In this document: in pieces, positions 6,458 through 6,946 of the stretch
Layout of the letters: every line of letters begins with the position of its first letter
Position numbering within the stretch: the stretch's first letter is position 1
Assembly: GCA_048886185.1 (NCBI GenBank)
Contig: JBHLKY010000058.1
Span: 1 to 6,946 of the forward strand
Direction of reading: 5' to 3'
From: Candidatus Hermodarchaeota archaeon
GTDB lineage: Archaea; Asgardarchaeota; Heimdallarchaeia; Hodarchaeales; Hodarchaeaceae
DNA length: 6,946 bases
Made by a program: the position numbers and the translations under genes
The notes under the pieces: generated by a model
Database searches by the model: none
What the model saw: the letters and a program-made list of their open reading frames with translations, nothing else
Told to the model about the DNA's origin: nothing

Positions 6458-6616
6458 TTATCTCCGTGGTCTCTTTTTCCTATAACAATCTCTACAAAAC
6501 ACAGGTCTTTTCCCATCTGGCTTGAAAGGGACTTCTGTTTCTTGTCCACACTCAGAACAAGTAACTTGAAACATTTCCCTGGGTTGTCGATCGTACTTAG
6601 GGCGTCTATCGCTCAT
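6458..6616 (-). CDS. CxxC-x17-CxxC domain zinc-finger microprotein, 52 aa (not in the ORF track)
   Basis: MSDRRPKYDRQPREMFQVTCSECGQETEVPFKPDGKRPVFCRDCYRKKRPRR*. Exactly 17 residues separate the CxxC pairs, with the family's R.MF...C..CG....VPF.P...RPV.C..C signature. RBS AGGTGAG at 6621-6627. Confidence 0.95.
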   Translation of the reverse strand: MSDRRPKYDRQPREMFQVTCSECGQETEVPFKPDGKRPVFCRDCYRKKRPRR

Positions 6617-6620
6617 ATTA

Positions 6621-6627
6621 CTCACCT
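6621..6627 (-). promoter_or_regulatory. Shine-Dalgarno site of the 52-aa gene
   Basis: Minus strand reads AGGTGAG-taat-ATG. Confidence 0.75.
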
Positions 6628-6699
6628 ATTTCCTCACATTGATTTTTCTTAGAAACGAATAGGATCCATCAGAATTATGAATTTAATCTCCATTTTGTT

Positions 6700-6705
6700 A
6701 AAAAA
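6700..6705 (-). terminator. Oligo-T tract directly after the stop of the 6706-6858 gene
   Basis: Minus strand reads TGA-TTTTTT. Archaeal terminators are commonly oligo-T tracts. Confidence 0.35.
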
Positions 6706-6858
6706 TCACACTTCAGTCCAAAATCCAGTTTCTTCTCCACATTTTGGGCAATAATCATCTTCCTCATCCTCACATATGGCATTTTTGCCACAGTTTGCAC
6801 AAATATAATCAGCTGGGTTTCCACAGTGCATACATTTCGGCCGTTCCTTTTTACTCAT
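6706..6858 (-). CDS. Cys-rich zinc-finger microprotein, 50 aa (CxxC-x7-CxxC-x5-C-x7-CxxC)
   Basis: MSKKERPKCMHCGNPADYICANCGKNAICEDEEDDYCPKCGEETGFWTEV*. ATG 6858 is preferred over the track's 6906 because GAGGA sits 7 nt upstream of it. Confidence 0.85.
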   Translation of the reverse strand: MSKKERPKCMHCGNPADYICANCGKNAICEDEEDDYCPKCGEETGFWTEV

Positions 6859-6946
6859 AATAAATTCCTCATCCATTAATTTAAATGGTGATTGCCAGTT
6901 TTTCATATAATTCTTTAAAATTACTAGGTTAAAACAAAAAGTTTCA

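Noticed and set aside
6428-6652. 74-aa plus-strand ORF
   Set aside because: It is an antisense shadow of the real 52-aa CxxC-x17-CxxC gene.
6409-6669. Imperfect inverted repeat ATGGATCC(T)TATT flanking the 52-aa gene (6409-6421 / 6658-6669)
   Set aside because: It is short, gapped, partly due to the self-palindromic GGATCC, and has no target-site duplication, so it is insufficient for a MITE call.
6859-6906. 16-aa N-terminal extension of the 6706 ORF given by the track
   Set aside because: ATG 6858 has GAGGA at canonical spacing, and the extension has no features.
1-6946. CRISPR array, tRNA/rRNA, transposase or integrase
   Set aside because: No regularly spaced nucleotide repeats, cloverleaf/T-loop motifs, rRNA-like segment or recombinase motifs were seen.

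Overview
Low-GC prokaryotic window, probably archaeal. Asgard/Heimdallarchaeia-like origin is inferred from GGAGTGA/AGGTGAG ribosome-binding sites, TTTAAA boxes, oligo-T tracts and the style of the surface protein; it is not proven. The left 3 kb is one minus-strand ORF that the ORF track missed because it has no stop in the window (TTG at 3056, open to base 1, at least 1018 aa). It encodes a secreted, sequon-rich mosaic surface protein: signal peptide, DUF2341, LamG/ConA-like domain, four diverged ~85-90 aa beta-rich repeats in ABAB order, then Ig-like repeats. After it come a hairpin-rich intergenic segment (3142-3359), a 126-aa orphan (-), a Zn-ribbon/Pro-rich/coiled-coil protein (+) with an uncertain start, and a tocopherol-cyclase-family protein (+). 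Two convergent zinc-finger microproteins follow on the minus strand: a 52-aa CxxC-x17-CxxC protein also missed by the track, and a 50-aa 7-Cys protein with RING/HIT-like spacing. No rRNA, tRNA, CRISPR array or transposase was seen. Family assignments come from motif recognition by eye; no database search was run.
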